28,548 nucleotides of DNA from Campylobacterota bacterium (GTDB lineage: Bacteria; Campylobacterota; Campylobacteria; Campylobacterales; Arcobacteraceae): NCBI GenBank assembly GCA_051746405.1, contig JBNJFB010000026.1:1-28548 (forward strand), read 5' to 3'. Position 1 is the stretch's first letter; each line of letters opens with the position of its first letter. The notes beneath the pieces were generated by a model, which had not been told where the DNA came from, did no database searches, and saw only the letters and a list, made by a program, of their open reading frames with translations. A program made the position numbers and the translations under genes. Positions 28,111 to 28,548 of the stretch are shown here, in pieces.

Positions 28111-28348
28111 TTAAGTTCGTTCACTTGCTTTTTTATAAACTTCCATATCATCTCTTTTACCAATTGCTATTGTGTAAATTGACAATATAGCATCCTGAAC
28201 TTCATAAACTATTCTTATTCCCTAGTGGCAATCCTAGTTCAGGTGATTGTTGGATTTGTTTTAGTTTTTTAAAAACTTGTATCTGTATTGAATAATCAAG
28301 CTCTTTTAAATCTTCTTCTATTTTTGGATGTAATTCTAATTGATACAT
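28111..28348 (-). pseudogene. RelE/ParE-family toxin, frameshifted by an apparent internal deletion
   Basis: ATG 28348 gives MYQLELHPKIEEDLKELDYSIQIQVFKKLKQIQQSPELGLPLGNKNSL* (stop 28204-28202). Another frame continues IRIVYEVQDAILSIYTIAIGKRDDMEVYKKASERT* (stop 28113-28111), a typical RelE C-terminus. Confidence 0.85.
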
Positions 28349-28349
28349 C

Positions 28350-28547
28350 TTATATTTGACTCATATCTATATTAAGCTTTTGAGCCATCTCATCAATTGA
28401 AATATAATCAGATTTTGGAGTATTTTTTCTTGTCTGTATAGTTTCATAAATCTCTTTATGTTCAATACTATTCATAAGTTCTTCAATCTCTTTTAATCTT
28501 TCATATTCATCTGTTGATATTACAACTGCCTCAAGTTTATTGTTTTT
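28350..28547 (-). CDS. Phd/YefM-family antitoxin, 5'-partial (start lies beyond the right edge)
   Basis: Hand translation ...KNNKLEAVVISTDEYERLKEIEELMNSIEHKEIYETIQTRKNTPKSDYISIDEMAQKLNIDMSQI*; its stop is 1 nt before the toxin ATG. Confidence 0.8.
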   Translation of the reverse strand, partial: KNNKLEAVVISTDEYERLKEIEELMNSIEHKEIYETIQTRKNTPKSDYISIDEMAQKLNIDMSQI

Positions 28548-28548
28548 C

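Noticed and set aside
1..28548. Phase-variable homopolymers, tRNA/rRNA, CRISPR and IS elements
   Set aside because: No long poly-G/C tracts, no intergenic space or GC-rich structure for stable RNAs, no repeat-spacer array and no transposase motifs seen; A/T runs are expected at this composition.

Overview
AT-rich bacterial chromosomal window whose gene content and order point to Campylobacterota, most likely an Arcobacter-like organism (inferred from synteny and codon style, not from a database search). Most of it is core genome: exbB/exbD, a PLP enzyme, aroK-hisD-DUF2018-ispB-hemA-proS-mscS-cca, lnt, yajC-secD-secF, DUF6394-leuS-lptE-folC-M23 peptidase-bactofilin, an SF2 helicase, a Kef-type antiporter, an OlsF-like acyltransferase and DUF445. 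The ORF track misses three elements at the edges: a partial, compositionally foreign, signal-peptide-bearing WD40 gene (1-1536, minus), a Phd/YefM-type antitoxin (partial), and its RelE/ParE-type toxin, which is broken by an apparent internal deletion and frameshift. The most interesting observations are: (1) an intact SF2 helicase fused to an apparently catalytically degenerate AEP (TOTE-type) primase domain, in the slot where Helicobacter and Campylobacter have mfd; (2) a canonically spaced Pho-box-like site upstream of the OlsF-like gene; (3) mutually exclusive RNA pairings that could sequester the secD ribosome-binding site; (4) the disarmed toxin-antitoxin pair. I saw no rRNA, tRNA, CRISPR array or IS element.
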